DNA of 58,912 nt, filler included, from Sphacelaria rigidula (Eukaryota): assembly GCA_964200075.2 (NCBI GenBank). It is 10 parts of 10 records of this genome, joined end to end, with 100 filler letters (N's around TTAATTAATTAA, not from the genome) between each part and the next. Parts side by side here need not be neighbours in the genome. Positions count along the whole stretch, not along the records: positions 41,311 to 47,111 come from CAXNAA020024365.1; positions 47,212 to 53,012 come from CAXNAA020024366.1; positions 53,113 to 58,912 come from CAXNAA020024367.1; 7 more parts are not named here. The stretch is one strand, 5' to 3'. The position numbers were made by a program, and so were the translations under genes. The notes under the pieces were generated by a model. The model searched no databases, was not told the origin of the DNA, and worked only from the letters and a program-made list of their open reading frames with translations. Positions 43,902 through 57,109 of the stretch are shown piece by piece (the stretch's first letter is position 1; every line of letters begins with the position of its first letter).

Positions 43902-46900
43902 CACCGAAAGGATCGTACACTTTCACCCCAAAACGCCACCCCTTTACCTCGTTTTACACAATACAAAAAATGCTAATTTCGAATATTTGATAGACTGCTC
44001 TGCTTTGCATCGCGCTTCCATTTTTTTTTTTCCTTTCCCATGTTATGATGGAAAAGGAGCATCACGAAGAATCATGCGCCGTTCTAATCTAGCGAGGTCG
44101 GGTGAGAAACAAGTGATAGCGAGACGGTGAAACAGCACGCGAGCAGACGACCGACTTCAAGGAAGGCGGCAGTCACGCTCAAGGGGGTATGGGTATCGTC
44201 GCAGGTCAAAACGCGGATTGCCTAGAAGAAGAAGCAATACAGTGGGGGGGAAATGATACGTTGGGTTGTACTCGTACTGAAAATGCTATATAATAAGGCA
44301 GTGTCCAGTACATGAGGAAACAATTGATCCGTACTGTACTCGTACTGAAAATGCTATGTGGGTAACAACACGCAAAGATCACAGTCGATTTATTCGCACA
44401 AGATCTAGAGAATTTAGTTTCACATTTTCCTGGCGGCGCGTCAGCGGCGAACCCCCCCCCCCCGCCCTCCCCCAGAGCGCAAAAAACCATAATATTGTAC
44501 ATTTGGGTTTGTTGCGGCTCAGTATCACGCTCAAACGAACAAGTGAAATAAGTTGACCCAGCAGGGCGCCAAGAGCAATTTTCATTTTAGACTACGCACT
44601 AACGATGTATGAACAGGTCAGCAGAGCCACGATATTTCAGCTGATTGCGTGTACATACTAAAAGGAATATGTAAACCATGCGATTTACACAAACTTGAAG
44701 CTTCGACCAAATGCTACTTTTTCGCACCAATGTCACGACACCTGCTTTGGTGGCGGTTTGCTATGTGCTGTCCTGTTCCGTGGGGATGTGTACTCAGGAC
44801 AGCCTCACGTATCATGAGCGAATGCCCATTCACCCCTTGGCTTGTAGAGGACAAGTTCACCGATGAAACACGGCCGTCTTGTGACATACGTTTTCGAGAC
44901 AGAACCCAAGGCATGCGCAACGCTGCTGCTCATGGTATCCAAATTTCCGTACTTTCTCGTTCTAGCACGATGTCAGGCATGCCTTTCACTGCAAATGCGT
45001 TGGTGTGTGGCGGCCACAAGTGCTGCTGTTTGTGTTCTTGTCTTGTTATTTTCGAAATGGTGGTAAACATGGGGTGGCAGATCGGGGGCGTGCGCTTCCC
45101 GAGCAGTACAGCAGCTGAACAGTCGTGCACCAAGAGTTTCCACTCACTGATCTGGAGCGAGTTATCCGGAGGAACAATATCATCTAAACACCGAGCACTC
45201 ACAGGCTTGAAGATATGTACCATGTTTACAGTACATTTCACATGAGCCAGGTCGTTGTTTTCAGGTGACGCGTGTATTTTTGATTGATATGATTCGCCTG
45301 ATTACGGTCCAATTCTTACGCATATAGCGTTCGTGATCCATTTTCCCGAAATATAGTACTCGTACCTAAAATCGGGCCCAAGTCCCACCCATAACAGTAG
45401 TATAATATCGACCTCTTCACGACATGCTCACATATTGGTTGCAACCGACTAGCCTCTCTCTGCTTGCTGCTTAATCGACGACGAGCAAAACTACAGCACA
45501 AGGGGATTTGGTGCACAAGAGTAAAGGGACAAGTCAGATTCTGCCGCGACTTTTTTCTTTTTCTTTTGGCGCAACACTGCGTAATCGTCAACAGGCAAAC
45601 TGCGTTGCGTGAATCCCAGCTGTGCGAACCCACGATGCCTTGTGGTTCTGTCTCGACCAAACCCCAGTCACGAGGAACGTTCCGCATGTTCTCGGTCAAA
45701 CCGCTCCCCGCGAGATGCTGTAGGAAGCCTCGTAACCACGGACATATGCGTACGCTCCGGGCTCAAGGGCGCGACACACAACACCGCCAAGCAAATACCA
45801 TGAGCTTTCGTCGTTTCATTGCATGTCCACCCCAATTACTTGCTCGCTTTTTTATTTATATATATATTTCGTGTCTCGAGAAGATGCTCGTGCCGTCTTG
45901 CCTACCCCTCCGTGTACGGTACTGTCGCAACTGGACTGTGCGTACTGACTGTACCGTACACGTAAATGTCGAGCATACGGAACTACTTGCTGTCTCACCT
46001 CAGCCAGCTTGCCACGTGAAAGCAAATTCTCACACTGGATCTGCTAGCGCGGCAGCTCCTTCCTCACTTTGGTTGATGCACCGTGACTGCCCCTCGGTAT
46101 CTGAACCGCGGCACAACAGTGTTACACGGGGGACAGTATCACGTATTTTACCACTACCCCCAAAAGGAAACCTGACGGAGTGAAAATAAGTTTTCAGGGC
46201 AGAATAATGGTAATGATGGTGACATACAGCTACAGCACGTCTTCGCAGCTATGCCTGCGTTGAGGTGCGGTTCAATTCAACACAGTACATCACACGAACG
46301 AGGGGTGGATAACCAAAATAAAGGTTGGCGAAATCTGTACAAGCCAAGGGGTCATTTTCCAATATGGCCCACCTACACGCGATCAAAGACTACTCGCGAT
46401 GCACGAATGGCAGCATACTGAAACTCGACAGGCGGGTAATACTTACTGACAACCATCGTTCAACATCGAGATCACACCTCTCGATTCTCGATATCGTGCC
46501 AAATCTGCAATAGATTGACGTTACTGTACCCCAACATTTTCATTTGCGGCGAGGATCTGCGCAATCAGAGCGAGGAGGCCGACAGATATGGGTCTTGACT
46601 ATACAGGGCGTTCCGATTTGTCCCTGCAGCTGCTGTGTGAATCGAGATATTACCATCGGAATGGGGGGTGATAGGACACGAACAATGCGGTAGAAAAGCG
46701 CATCAGATACAAAGCTGGTGGTATCCAAAATGAGCGGGCGGTAATTGCGCCGCGTTCAGGTTTGTTCAGAGTCGTACAGTAGCTGTCTTCTACCGCACTC
46801 ATTGGTGAAAACATCAGTACCGCCCGTCGATAGAAAGGACGGTACGAAGACGTGCGTATGCAGGTGGGCACTAGGGTCTCTGTAACCTGGGAAAACGGAC

Positions 46901-47834
46901 GTAGCAGGCGTTACGCGACCTAAGTTGCGGCGTAAGGTCGGAAAATTGACGTTGCGAACGTATAGGTGGCAACCTATTGTAGAAGGCACGTCGAGGACAG
47001 GCATCAGGGGCCGAACGTTTTTCACGAAATCGACAGAAGAGGGGTGTACTCATGATCATGCATGCCATAGTCATAAGACCATTGACGTCGCATCCCTACA
47101 ATGCCGGGACANNNNNNNNNNNNNNNNNNNNNNNNNNNNNNNNNNNNNNNNNNNNTTAATTAATTAANNNNNNNNNNNNNNNNNNNNNNNNNNNNNNNNN
47201 NNNNNNNNNNNAGAGGAAGGAAGAGGAGGCCAGCCGACTACGTGAGATTAGACGGGAGAGCAACGAAGCCCAAATAGCACGGCAATGACGACGGTCCAGA
47301 GAAGTGGGGTGGGGGGGTCGTACTCATTTGTTGCTTGCCTTAGTCGTTCGACCAGAGAAGTGGGGGGTGCGGGGTGAGCCCCCCCGATGAGGGGTGTCGT
47401 TATGTCATGCAGATCTTGTCTTGATTCACCCGATATGCTTGTACGTACGGCTGTCCCTCGAGAGGGCGCAAGATGGAACGTTGCGATTCTTAGTTCTTGA
47501 GTTTTTTGGTTGGCGGTATTTGGGGCCCCGAGTCTCGCCCGTAGTCGGACCCTGTGTTCATTTCTACTTGTCGCGGGTCGAGTTGAAAAATCGAGTACCA
47601 CCCCCTGAAGTCCGAATGGCCACCTGCGACACCGGATCTTCTGAGGTTAGCTATGTGTACTCCCTTTTTTCTTTGTTATTTATTTCTGTTTTGCTTGTAT
47701 CGCGTTTTGTGAGTTTTAATCTGGGTCCATTTTGTTCTTTTGTTTTTTTGCTAGCGTATGACCACGGAAGGCGTCCACATCAGATGCCCAGGACAAATGT
47801 ACCGCGCAGATATCGGAACGGCTTTTAATGTGAA

Positions 47835-47862
47835 GACGACGACGACGACGACGACGACGACG

Positions 47863-47958
<96 letters not shown>
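47835..47958. repeat. Compound trinucleotide microsatellite (GAC)n(AAC)n
   Basis: Read directly. It explains the poly-T, poly-V and poly-C ORFs. Confidence 0.95.
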
Positions 47959-48368
47959 GTATATACAGAAATTTCCTCGCGTTGGTACATCACCGACCAC
48001 CCACGGGCAGGAAGCGACGATTTCGTGTATTTGCGATTGAGTAGCTTTTACTCCCCTTGAATGACATGGCCATGCGTAACGCTCTATTTCGTTCGCCGGA
48101 GTCTGTCGTACCTCTTCTTCGCCCAAGGGTACCCAGATATATTTGAACAGGTTCGTTTGCCTTGGCGTTTCATAATAACATGAAGCTTTCGTAATATTTG
48201 ACCTGTCCTCAAGTCGGTTCCTCTTCTCCGCGACCACCATTTCCAGATTTTTGCTCGTGCTACGTCTATCGGAGAATCCAAAATGGACGTGGAGTCGGCC
48301 ACCAGTGACACCGCTACTTATCAGGTAGGAGTAGATGCATGATAAGCTCCGAAATACAACCCCGTGGA

Positions 48369-48944
48369 TGTTGGATTTGGCTTGTCTGGGTACAAGAAAT
48401 ATGCAACACACTGTTCAGCTGTCAACAGACAGGAACAGCGGTTCAACTCGTGCACCTAGCTCTAACAAGAGAGCTCGCAGAGGATGCACAATGTTGGGGA
48501 GACACTTGCTTCGTGCAGTGAAAGAAAATTCGGTTTTCGCTTGGAGATTCGCTTGGCCGAGCCAACAAGCGAACGCCTTCAGTTCACACTTTACAGGAAA
48601 CAAATGACAAGCTGCTAGACCTGCTTAAGGTGAGTGGCTTTGGAGAGTAGTAGCGTAGGGCTATATCAACCTCTCCACAAAACCCTTCAACACTATTAAA
48701 GCGCTCATCCAAGTTGTTGATACCGCAAAATAAAGCTCTACCCACATAACTCTTCACTATTCTGCCTAAATATGCTGACTTCCTGCATACGACCTATACA
48801 GTACATGAGCTCTTCATTATTTTACGGGGAATGCTCCACCGCCTGTGTTACTATTACGATCTTTGCTACTAATGCTGAACCGTAACTGGTTCTTCGGCTA
48901 ATTTTACGTACGTATTCGGAATAGCTATTTCTCAAATCCTAACA
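48369..48944 (-). repeat. 3' LTR of the Copia element
   Basis: TG...CA termini with short inverted ends. Colinear with 52140-52711. Confidence 0.85.
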
Positions 48945-50954
48945 TGCCCTTTGAACTAGCGTTGCGAATATATATCCAAAGGAAAAATGCACACTAATTA
49001 TTAACCAACATGCATACTGTACTATACTTCTACTTCACTGTACCTTGCTCTTCGTTACTGTACTTGAATGTCCTTGAGTGTTCTCCTTTCAAATATTTCT
49101 CAGAGATGAAAAGCATTGAAATACTCGAACCTAGCAGGCTCACTGAGTCCTACTCCGTTGAAGATGTCGAAGCTGCTCCTCAGTTATTGCGCCTCATTCG
49201 ATTGTCGTTGTTAAACTACACCGTAGTTGATGATGCTTCTTTTTTACAATTTACTTGTCTTCACGTGACACCCAAACAATCAGTCCGTAGTTTGTATTCC
49301 TGCTGCGCCTTGGTGTAGACGTCGTCACTGTTATCCCCGACGCTCAAATGCTTCTCGGATTTGTGTCTGGCCCGCAATTCGTCGCTGCTGGAAGTGAAAA
49401 TCCTGTTGACTGCGTTACTCGGGGTGTTTTATTATTGAAACGATTTCGCGGTTGTGCCTCTCCTATTTTCCCTACAGATGTACCCGTATTCATGTTCATG
49501 CACAGAGGAGATTATACCGATTTACTGTTCAGTTATACAGGCGACTGACCTGGACTATTGTTGAAGTACACAGGTAGCTGAGCGGATTTGTGTTCTCACC
49601 ACTTGAAACTTCTAGACATGCACTTGCCTTATGTCGAACTTGTTCGCCTATTGATGGATCTACACTTTTGATGCCCAGTACCCTTTTCATATACGCTTCC
49701 TCATCTCGTAAAAATGAGTGCTGTTATTGTTGCTGTTTGTTACTGCGCCGACGAGAATGGTTATTTTTGTTCCGAATAGATGCGTATCTGCTCCCATTCT
49801 GTTTTTCTTCTTAGATTTAATAAATGGCGACATATTTTTATCATTCTTCTTCTGACTTCTACTTTGGATAAACGAATCTTCGTACACTCTTGCTTATTTA
49901 CTGACCAACAGAGCTGTACCTACGCCCATTAATTTTCCTGATATTACTGTAGTTGTTAAAGCTGAACTACTATTTTTTTCTCCTGGATGATTTTCATACA
50001 TATACTCCTTAGTATCCCGTTGAAACTAAACATCCGCTTGAACATTCAAATCTGTCACGTCAAGGTGTGGATCTTCTGAATACATAAAACAGTACTCGCA
50101 CCCTTCTTGATTGCTTCGTAAGGCGAAATAAATGGTTCCCTGAATTGGGCACTACTACGACTGGTGATCATACAGACCGCTTAAAACGATGGGTATATGT
50201 CATTATCGTGGGTATCACTCCTCATCTATTCCCTCTAGCAGATGTCCTCCACTTGTTCGTATACGTTTTGGGCGACGAAACTCAACATGATGGGACATTT
50301 CCCGCCCAATGCTAAGTAGTAAATTAATATCAACATAGTGGGTGGCTGCACCTGAATCGATCACCTCTGAAAACGAAGTTGATAAGGCTTTTCTACAGTA
50401 ATAATCCACAGATTCTGCGGAAAGGTAAATTCTTTCCCATTTGAAGTCGCATTATCTATCACTGGTGCTGAAGATGCACTTGCATGTAGAACTTGTGTGT
50501 TTGTAGGATCCGAAAACGTACTTGTGTCTAGGATAACTGTGTTTGCTCGCTGATGTGGATGCTCAAGATTGCTACCCTCACCCCCTATACCTCCGTTCGT
50601 ATTTTGACTTCTGCATTCTGTGTTATCATGGTCGGCTGTTATTTATTGTGTGCATGGATACCATTCCGTCTGTCTACCACTATCATTAGACTGTTGTTGC
50701 CTAGACCTGCAGTGTGTGTGTATGTGTGTGCTCTGCTATCTGCGGTCACGTGTTTAATGACCTATCTTACCACAAGTGAAGAATCTGACTTGGGATCTTG
50801 TTTTTTCCCCAGAAAAATATTCTACAGGCGGTGGTGCGATCAACGCACTATCTGCCATTTGAATGTTCCATTGAAACATGACGCGCTATTCGGTTTACGT
50901 GAATATCACGCATCGTTGACTAATCTCATCCAAAATAAAATCAGGGTAATGCTC

Positions 50955-51103
50955 GGTGTGTGTTGTGTGTGCTGCCATTCTATTCTAGACACCAGTCTAC
51001 CCCTTTCGGTATGTGTGGGCGCACCGGCCGGGGTCACAGGGGGAAGGCCAACACAGGACCCCGCTATGTTTTAATTGTTTTAGTTCTCCACCTTCCTTCT
51101 ACG
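50955..51103 (-). mobile_element. 5'-truncated SINE family B copy inserted into the Copia gag region
   Basis: Its reverse complement matches 27639-27773 (AGAAGGAAGG...CCTGTG.TG.CCTTCC...ATACCGAAAGG.GTAGACT.GTG..(CA)n). Confidence 0.75.
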
Positions 51104-52130
51104 CTCTTCATTGTACCTTATCTGCATGTACTTATCGGTTAACCCTTCTGTGACATCAATTAAGCATTGGTCTGATACGATCTCCTTCATGTGTACCAAC
51201 TCGTCGCGAAATTGATACACTTGTGTCAGAAATATATCGGGGTCTTCGCCCTGACCAATAGTAAGGTTTCCTATCTGTTTTATCAGCATACATCGTGTTT
51301 GTTTGGACGAGTTCGAGTATTTTGCAACTTAACGATCCCAAGCATTTTTGCCATCGAGTCTAGATTAGCCATTTGGTTCGAACCGTAGAAGATAACTTGC
51401 TGCGGGATCGGTTGTAGTCAGGTACAATATGTGAAACAGCACTTCACTAGTGCGATCGAAATAATCTGTTTCTAGCCGATACTGACAAGTCTTGCATCGG
51501 TATCTGTACCGTATGTGATATCAACGGTGAGATCTTGGCTTGATGAGACAGTTAGTCCTACTATTGACGTCTCCTCTGATAACGCTTCTGCTCCTGCTTC
51601 CGTTAGAAGGCTTCTAGAGCGTGTAGCTATAGAGTGTACCCTCGACGTACCTCTAGGATGTGTCGTTACAGGGCTTACTCTTGACGTAAATCCAGCCCTG
51701 AGCTGCGAAATTTCTACGTCTGTCGCTGCCTCAAGCGCGTACATTTCTTCGCGACGGTTTATGTCGTTGATAATTGCTGAATACCCGGATGTGTGAGTAA
51801 AATAACAGCCTTTGATTGGCGTTTCTACTCGAGAACGCCTGACCCGTTGAATTTGTCGATAACTCTCATGAGCTGTGTAATAGAAGGTCTCCTGCTGAAT
51901 TCATTTGCTACTATCAGTTAGTATTCTGTTTCACACCTCAATTGTCCCTTCACCTCATTGTTTTCTTCGTCTTCTTGACGGCTCCATGCTATCTACACCT
52001 CAGTTCTTCGAGTCCTCGCTGATAGGCGGTGCGACCGCGCGCCTTCTCTGATGCAGCATGACATCCTTGATGGGGCGTCCTTATCGATGGTGCTGACTGC
52101 AGTACTGTTACTACTGTATTCACGTATCGA

Positions 52131-52140
52131 GGCTCATAAT
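52131..52140 (-). other. Primer-binding site complementary to the anticodon arm of initiator tRNA-Met (half-tRNA priming)
   Basis: The minus strand reads ATTATGAGCC directly after the 5' LTR, matching the GGTTATG(A/G)GCC PBS type of copia/Ty5-like elements. Confidence 0.65.
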
Positions 52141-52711
52141 CTTGGAAAATATGGCTTGCCTGTGTACAAGAATGAAACATAGTCTTCTACTGTCAACAGA
52201 CAAGAACAACAGCGGTTCAACTCGTGAAGCCCAGCTCTAACAAGAGAGCTCGCTGAGGATACACAGTATTGGTGAAGCACTTGCTTTGTGCAGAAAAATG
52301 AAAGAATATCGTTTTCACTTGGCGCTTTACTTGACCGAACACAGAATCAAACACATTGAGTTTTCACTCCACCGAAAACTGATGACAAGCTGTCAGGCCT
52401 TGTTGACGTGAGTGGCTTTAGAGAGTAATAGCGTAGGGCTATGTCAATCTCTCGACAAAACCCTGGTACTATAAAACCGTTCATTCAAGTTGTTGACACC
52501 TTAGACTATACGTACCAAACTCTTCACTATTCTGGCTATGTTGACGTTCTGCACGCGACCTATACAGTACATGAGCTCCTCATTATTTTACGACAAATGT
52601 TCCACCTCCTCGCTCACTACTACGATCTTTGCTACTAATACTGAACAGTAACTGGTTCTTCGGCTTATCTCACGCATGTGTTCGGAATAGTCATTTTCCT
52701 CGATCTCAACA
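52140..52711 (-). repeat. 5' LTR of the Copia element
   Basis: Direct repeat of 48369-48944, clearly diverged, with indels. Confidence 0.85.
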
Positions 52712-52717
52712 GTTGAT

Positions 52718-52935
52718 GACACTTTCTACGACAGTCCCCTAAAAAAACTAGCCCAAAAGTGTCCCGAATATAATGATCATACAATGCCTGATGTTTGGTT
52801 TCAGGCTGAGTGAGGCGTCGTATATCGGCGACATAATAGGCGGCAACGAACCCAAGCGTGAGAATTCACAGCTGCTCGTTGTGCTCGGCTTTTTTCATTT
52901 GTATTCACGTGTAGAATTTGTCTCTCCAAACCAGC
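52718..52935 (+). mobile_element. Left part of a GACACTTTCTACG-TIR MITE copy
   Basis: Starts GACACTTTCTACGACAGTCCCC and is colinear with 29001-29210. Confidence 0.75.
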
Positions 52936-53112
52936 CACTTTTGTTCGGGTGTACTCATGATCATGCATGCCATAGTCGGAAGACCATTGACCTCGCATCC
53001 CTACAAAGCCGGNNNNNNNNNNNNNNNNNNNNNNNNNNNNNNNNNNNNNNNNNNNNTTAATTAATTAANNNNNNNNNNNNNNNNNNNNNNNNNNNNNNNN
53101 NNNNNNNNNNNN

Positions 53113-53290
53113 ACCGCGTCAACTCACGTCAAACATACTCAGTCGAATGTTTTGTTTACTCACGTTCTCACGCTTCCCACGGTGGAAATCAGACATTGCG
53201 GGAAAAAAAAAAACGCATCGGAAGTCGAACTCTCGTCCTCTCCACCCTAATGGCAACAGTCGGACCATTACACCACCGGGGCGCGGCGGT
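53113..53290 (-). mobile_element. tRNA-derived SINE family A, 5' half (cut by the scaffold edge)
   Basis: Its reverse complement CCGCCGCGCCCCGGTGGTGTAATGGTCCGACTG...GTTCGACTTCCGATGCG matches 34816-34987. Confidence 0.82.
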
Positions 53291-54469
53291 TCTAAGTGTA
53301 GAGAATATCGCGATTGAGAACCATAGCACCGCGGGTTTGTGTATGATCAGCTACGGTACGCACAGCCAACACCCGAACATGCTCGGCTGTACTCGTGAAG
53401 TGCGGTATACTCCGGTGTGCTCGTGGAGTCGCGTTACGAGACGAGCTGTATGCGGTGAACCGTGGATGCTGCTTGTGGTATACATGGAGAAGCAGAGAGC
53501 GTCAAGATGGACGTAGCAAGAACCCCGTCCGATCGGGAATTTGCTTGAACTCGTTCCTGGATTACGTACTTGTCACGCGAAACAGCGGTGCTGGTTGTAT
53601 GCATAGAACTCCGGGGTAGTGAGGAGATCGGGACGTGTCTGCTGTTACGGATGGATAGAGCGATATTGGTCCTACGCGGTAGTGACATATTTCGATCTCA
53701 AGAAGGGCGTGACACCTATCAGCACTCCGTACCGAACACGCACAGAAGGACTGGAATTCTGGTTTTTTGCAAGAACAAAGGTAGTCGCCGACGATGCTTG
53801 CTCGCCACACGGCGGATAAACTATGGTGTAGACACGCAGGATTCATTAGAATGACGACGATCGAGGATGTCCCTCCATACACTTGATTTTGTGTAGGGTG
53901 GAATCTAGCGGGTGGGGCGGGAGCGTGTTTCCCCATCACTTCTGTGGCGTCTCGCCTGTATTGCATGACATGTACTCAGGCAGCATTGATACACTGCACA
54001 AACTCTGTGAAATACTGCTGACACTGGGCGATACGGCACGTGTGTAGCGGGCGCGGTGATTGGCGGCAGTCCCAGTTGTATACCTTGCCATAGGCCCCTG
54101 GAGCAGCAGGACGACCGAGAGAGAGATGATCGGCACTCTCTCCGCTGCCACCGTACCAGTTTTCACAGCTTCTGTGTTTTTGGGCGGCCTGGAGCTGTAA
54201 CTAGAGGGAAGTCTTGGGATTATGGCGGCGGCAGCAGCGGAGAGGGCGGCGGCAGTCTTTGGTGGCCGATCTGCCGCTGCAGAGGTCGATGGCAGGACAT
54301 GCACTGTTGTAACTATTGTATGCAACGCACGCGACAAGAGCTTTGCTCTGTTGTCTCATGCCATGCCGGCGGTGGCCGCTGTAGGGTGCCGCGCCCTTAT
54401 GTCTTTGTACGCTGTATGCTACTTACTGATCGTATCTTGCCCCTGACTGAGATGACGTTTGTCCGCCAG

Positions 54470-55757
54470 AAAGACCACGTGTCGCACTTCGGCCGGGGAA
54501 GAAGAGAGCAATGGTATGTATGTTTTTGCCGGGCAGCATATCGTGGAAGCTGCATGCTGGGCGTCCAGTCGGCAGAGTCGACGATCGGCGGAGAGCGTTG
54601 CGGATGGTGTGCAGCTAGAAGCGTGAGAGACTGCCGCAGATGAATTCAACACGGGAGTGCCCTGGCGGTGGTCTCGTGCCTACGAGGCCATTTTTCAGAG
54701 TACTCTTGCGCTTGAATAGTCGCGTCAATCTCTCACGCCGACCAGCACGCACCTCATCCTCTTCGCTCTCCAGATCTTCTCGGTTCATGACGACTCGCGT
54801 TGCGCGCGCGGTGGGCACGGACTGTAACCTATGTTTGTATATGTGTTTGCGCTTTGGTTTGATCCCGGTAGCATTCCATGTGAAGCGATAGCGTTCGGCT
54901 TGTTGGCGTCGCCGAGACGACTACCCCAACTGGAGACGATGCTTTCGGCTGCTTTCGGTCTCTGTGTTGTTTCTTCTTGTCCTCAGGCGTGACATAGTGG
55001 GCAGAGCCGGTAGCATCCAGAAGTACCCTTTTGGTAGGAAACCTGGTTACGTGGAACAGTTTGCCCACGCCAGAATTGCCTCGATAGCTGCGGTGTTTAG
55101 CGGGATTGGTGTGAGTGTGCGGCGCGAGTACTGTCATGCAAGTGTCGGCCGGTGGTTCAATGATGAAATTTCAATGAATCTGAGGTGTCGAGTAGGCGGC
55201 CGGTAGGTAGAGTCCGAACGACCCGTCGACAGTTTCAAGCGGTTTACTCACGTGTTCTCGACTAGCGAGCATCACGCTAGCGTTGCAGAATATACAGGGT
55301 TCGGTGATACTTCAGGTGAGACGTTGTATTGTTGTAAGGGTAGGTCGAGTAGAGTATACTCCAATGCGGGGTATTTTGAAAGTCGTACTTGAAGTACTCA
55401 CATTGGGGGTAGGGTTCCAGGAATCGCTTTCCAGCTATTTTTTTTATACAACTTTCAATACCCTACCCTGGTTTGAGTACCCTAAGTACGTCTTTAAAAA
55501 TACCCCGCGATACAGTATACTCTACTCGACCTTCCCTTGTATTGTTGCTTCCAATTTTGTTTGTGCCCGGTGTTTTGACGTAACAATGTGCTCTCCCCGA
55601 TCCACACAGGGGGCAAAGCTCCCTGTCCTGTTGCTGATTTCGTGTTTGTGTGTTCGGATTGTCTCCTCCCGTGCGACTATCCATTCCTCCCAAGGTTTCG
55701 CAGGCTGACGGTATCGGCAATGATCCCTGCGGGACTTTTACGCGTACGATGGCTAAG
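54470..55757 (+). CDS. Putative small upstream exons of the scaffold-10 gene (54470-54513, 54987-55110, 55289-55315, 55704-55757)
   Basis: Each is flanked by cag|...|gt (gtatgt, gtgagt, gtgaga, gtgcgc). Phases 2, 0, 0, 0 chain without stops into 56207. No recognisable domain. Confidence 0.45.
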
Positions 55758-56206
55758 GTGCGCTACCGGCTGCAAGGAAACCCGTCTATATTTATTCATG
55801 AATCTGTGTTGGTATTCAAGTATTTGGCAGCTCAAGGGTGCCCCCGTGATGGCAATAGATGGCACCGTGAGCATTCTTATTCATCTAGTATCCGCGTGTG
55901 CTTTGGGTGAAGGTGCCCACAATTTCATCATATTTTCCAGGCCGCATTGATGTTTGTAAGGAGTGAGGAGTGAGGCGTTCGAATCCGAAATACACTGCGA
56001 AGTGTGCCTTGCTACTTGTAGATTGCTGGAATTTGTGCGTAACATTCGACGTTTCATGTTGGTGTGGATACGCGGGTACGGTATTGCGTAATGCTCAGAA
56101 AAATGACAAACCTGCTGCGTCTAGTAGATTAATCAACTGTCGCTGACAAAATGTAGTACTGGCGACTGCCTCTGGCGCCCGATATACGTAACGTGTAATC
56201 TCCCAG

Positions 56207-56386
56207 GTGGAGTCTATTCTCGGACTGGTCTTGGAGCTGAAACCCAGGGTTGACAAATTCAAACTGAAGCAAGACAGCCTCGAGGCAGCGGCGACGAGCA
56301 CCGCAAGACTGCAGCTGAAATTTCAACAACAAGAGAACAGGATAACACTCCTCGAAAGCCGTTACTCCCATCTCCGTGAGGACAAG
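56207..56386 (+). CDS. Exon of an unknown coiled-coil protein
   Basis: cccag|GTG...AAG|gtatga, 180 nt, phase 0/0. Encodes VESILGLVLELKPRVDKFKLKQDSLE...QQQENRITLLESRYSHLREDK, with heptad-like pattern. Confidence 0.7.
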
Positions 56387-57109
56387 GTATGACGCGCAAC
56401 GATGACGCGCAACCTATCCTGCACATGTTCTACATTTCGCATAATAGCAGCGACGGTGAATTTGGTAGATTATTGCAAACGGAGCTTGTACACAGAGAGC
56501 AGCCGCTTTGCTGTTACCATCCCCTCCCTACGCGTGATTTTGACGCCTCGTACCTCTCCTAGTGTGCAGCAATTCGTGTGTAAATAGGGGTTTGATCATG
56601 ACCACTTTTCCCCGCTGTTCGATAGTGGCATTTCGGTGTTCTCACTCGAATTTGTGTCCGGCATTTTGTGTCCACGGCAAACGTGGAGTCAGCACCGTGG
56701 CAATCTGGCTTCGACTTTTCTTGCTATTAGTTGCACATTGAATCAAACTTTCATTCGGTGTATGTGCTCATCACCAAGCTGCGAGGTTGTTGCGCCTGTA
56801 GAGCTTTGCCGAGGAGTAGAGAAATGTGTATATACATAACACATGAATGTACTATCGCTATGGTGTTTTATTCCTGTATCTTACCGTAGGGTTGGCCCAT
56901 ATGTCCAGGTTTTATCGTCTATACTATTTCGTTAGTTCCCTCCATGATATTGTCACGGAAAGCGTTTCCGGAAATGCACGTCTCCTCCTACATTGGTCTC
57001 AATGTTGCTTTGACGTGAACGCCATCCAAGTCCTCCTCTTCAGCAATCTTTTCATCATGATGGAAACCTCACCTATCGTGGACCATGATTTGAATGACAA
57101 CATTGGCAG

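Larger units (their letters stand above)
48369..52711 (-). mobile_element. Decayed, internally deleted Ty1/Copia LTR retrotransposon
   Basis: Direct LTRs at 48369-48944 (TGTTGGA...TCCTAACA) and ~52140-52711 (...CTCAACA). Flanks GTGGA and GTTGA form a 4/5 TSD. Minus-strand remnants: gag (GQGEDPDIFLTQVYQFRDELVHM, 51080-51289), protease (VIDSGAATHYV, ~50335-50370; VVVPNSGNHLF), and a possible RNase H tail PARFEYF (~49120-49140). PPT-like AAAGGGCA lies next to the 3' LTR. Confidence 0.88.

Noticed and set aside
45464..46183. 239-aa ORF (also 44649-45245 and 6078-6888)
   Set aside because: Composition resembles translated non-coding DNA, with no domain or splice support.
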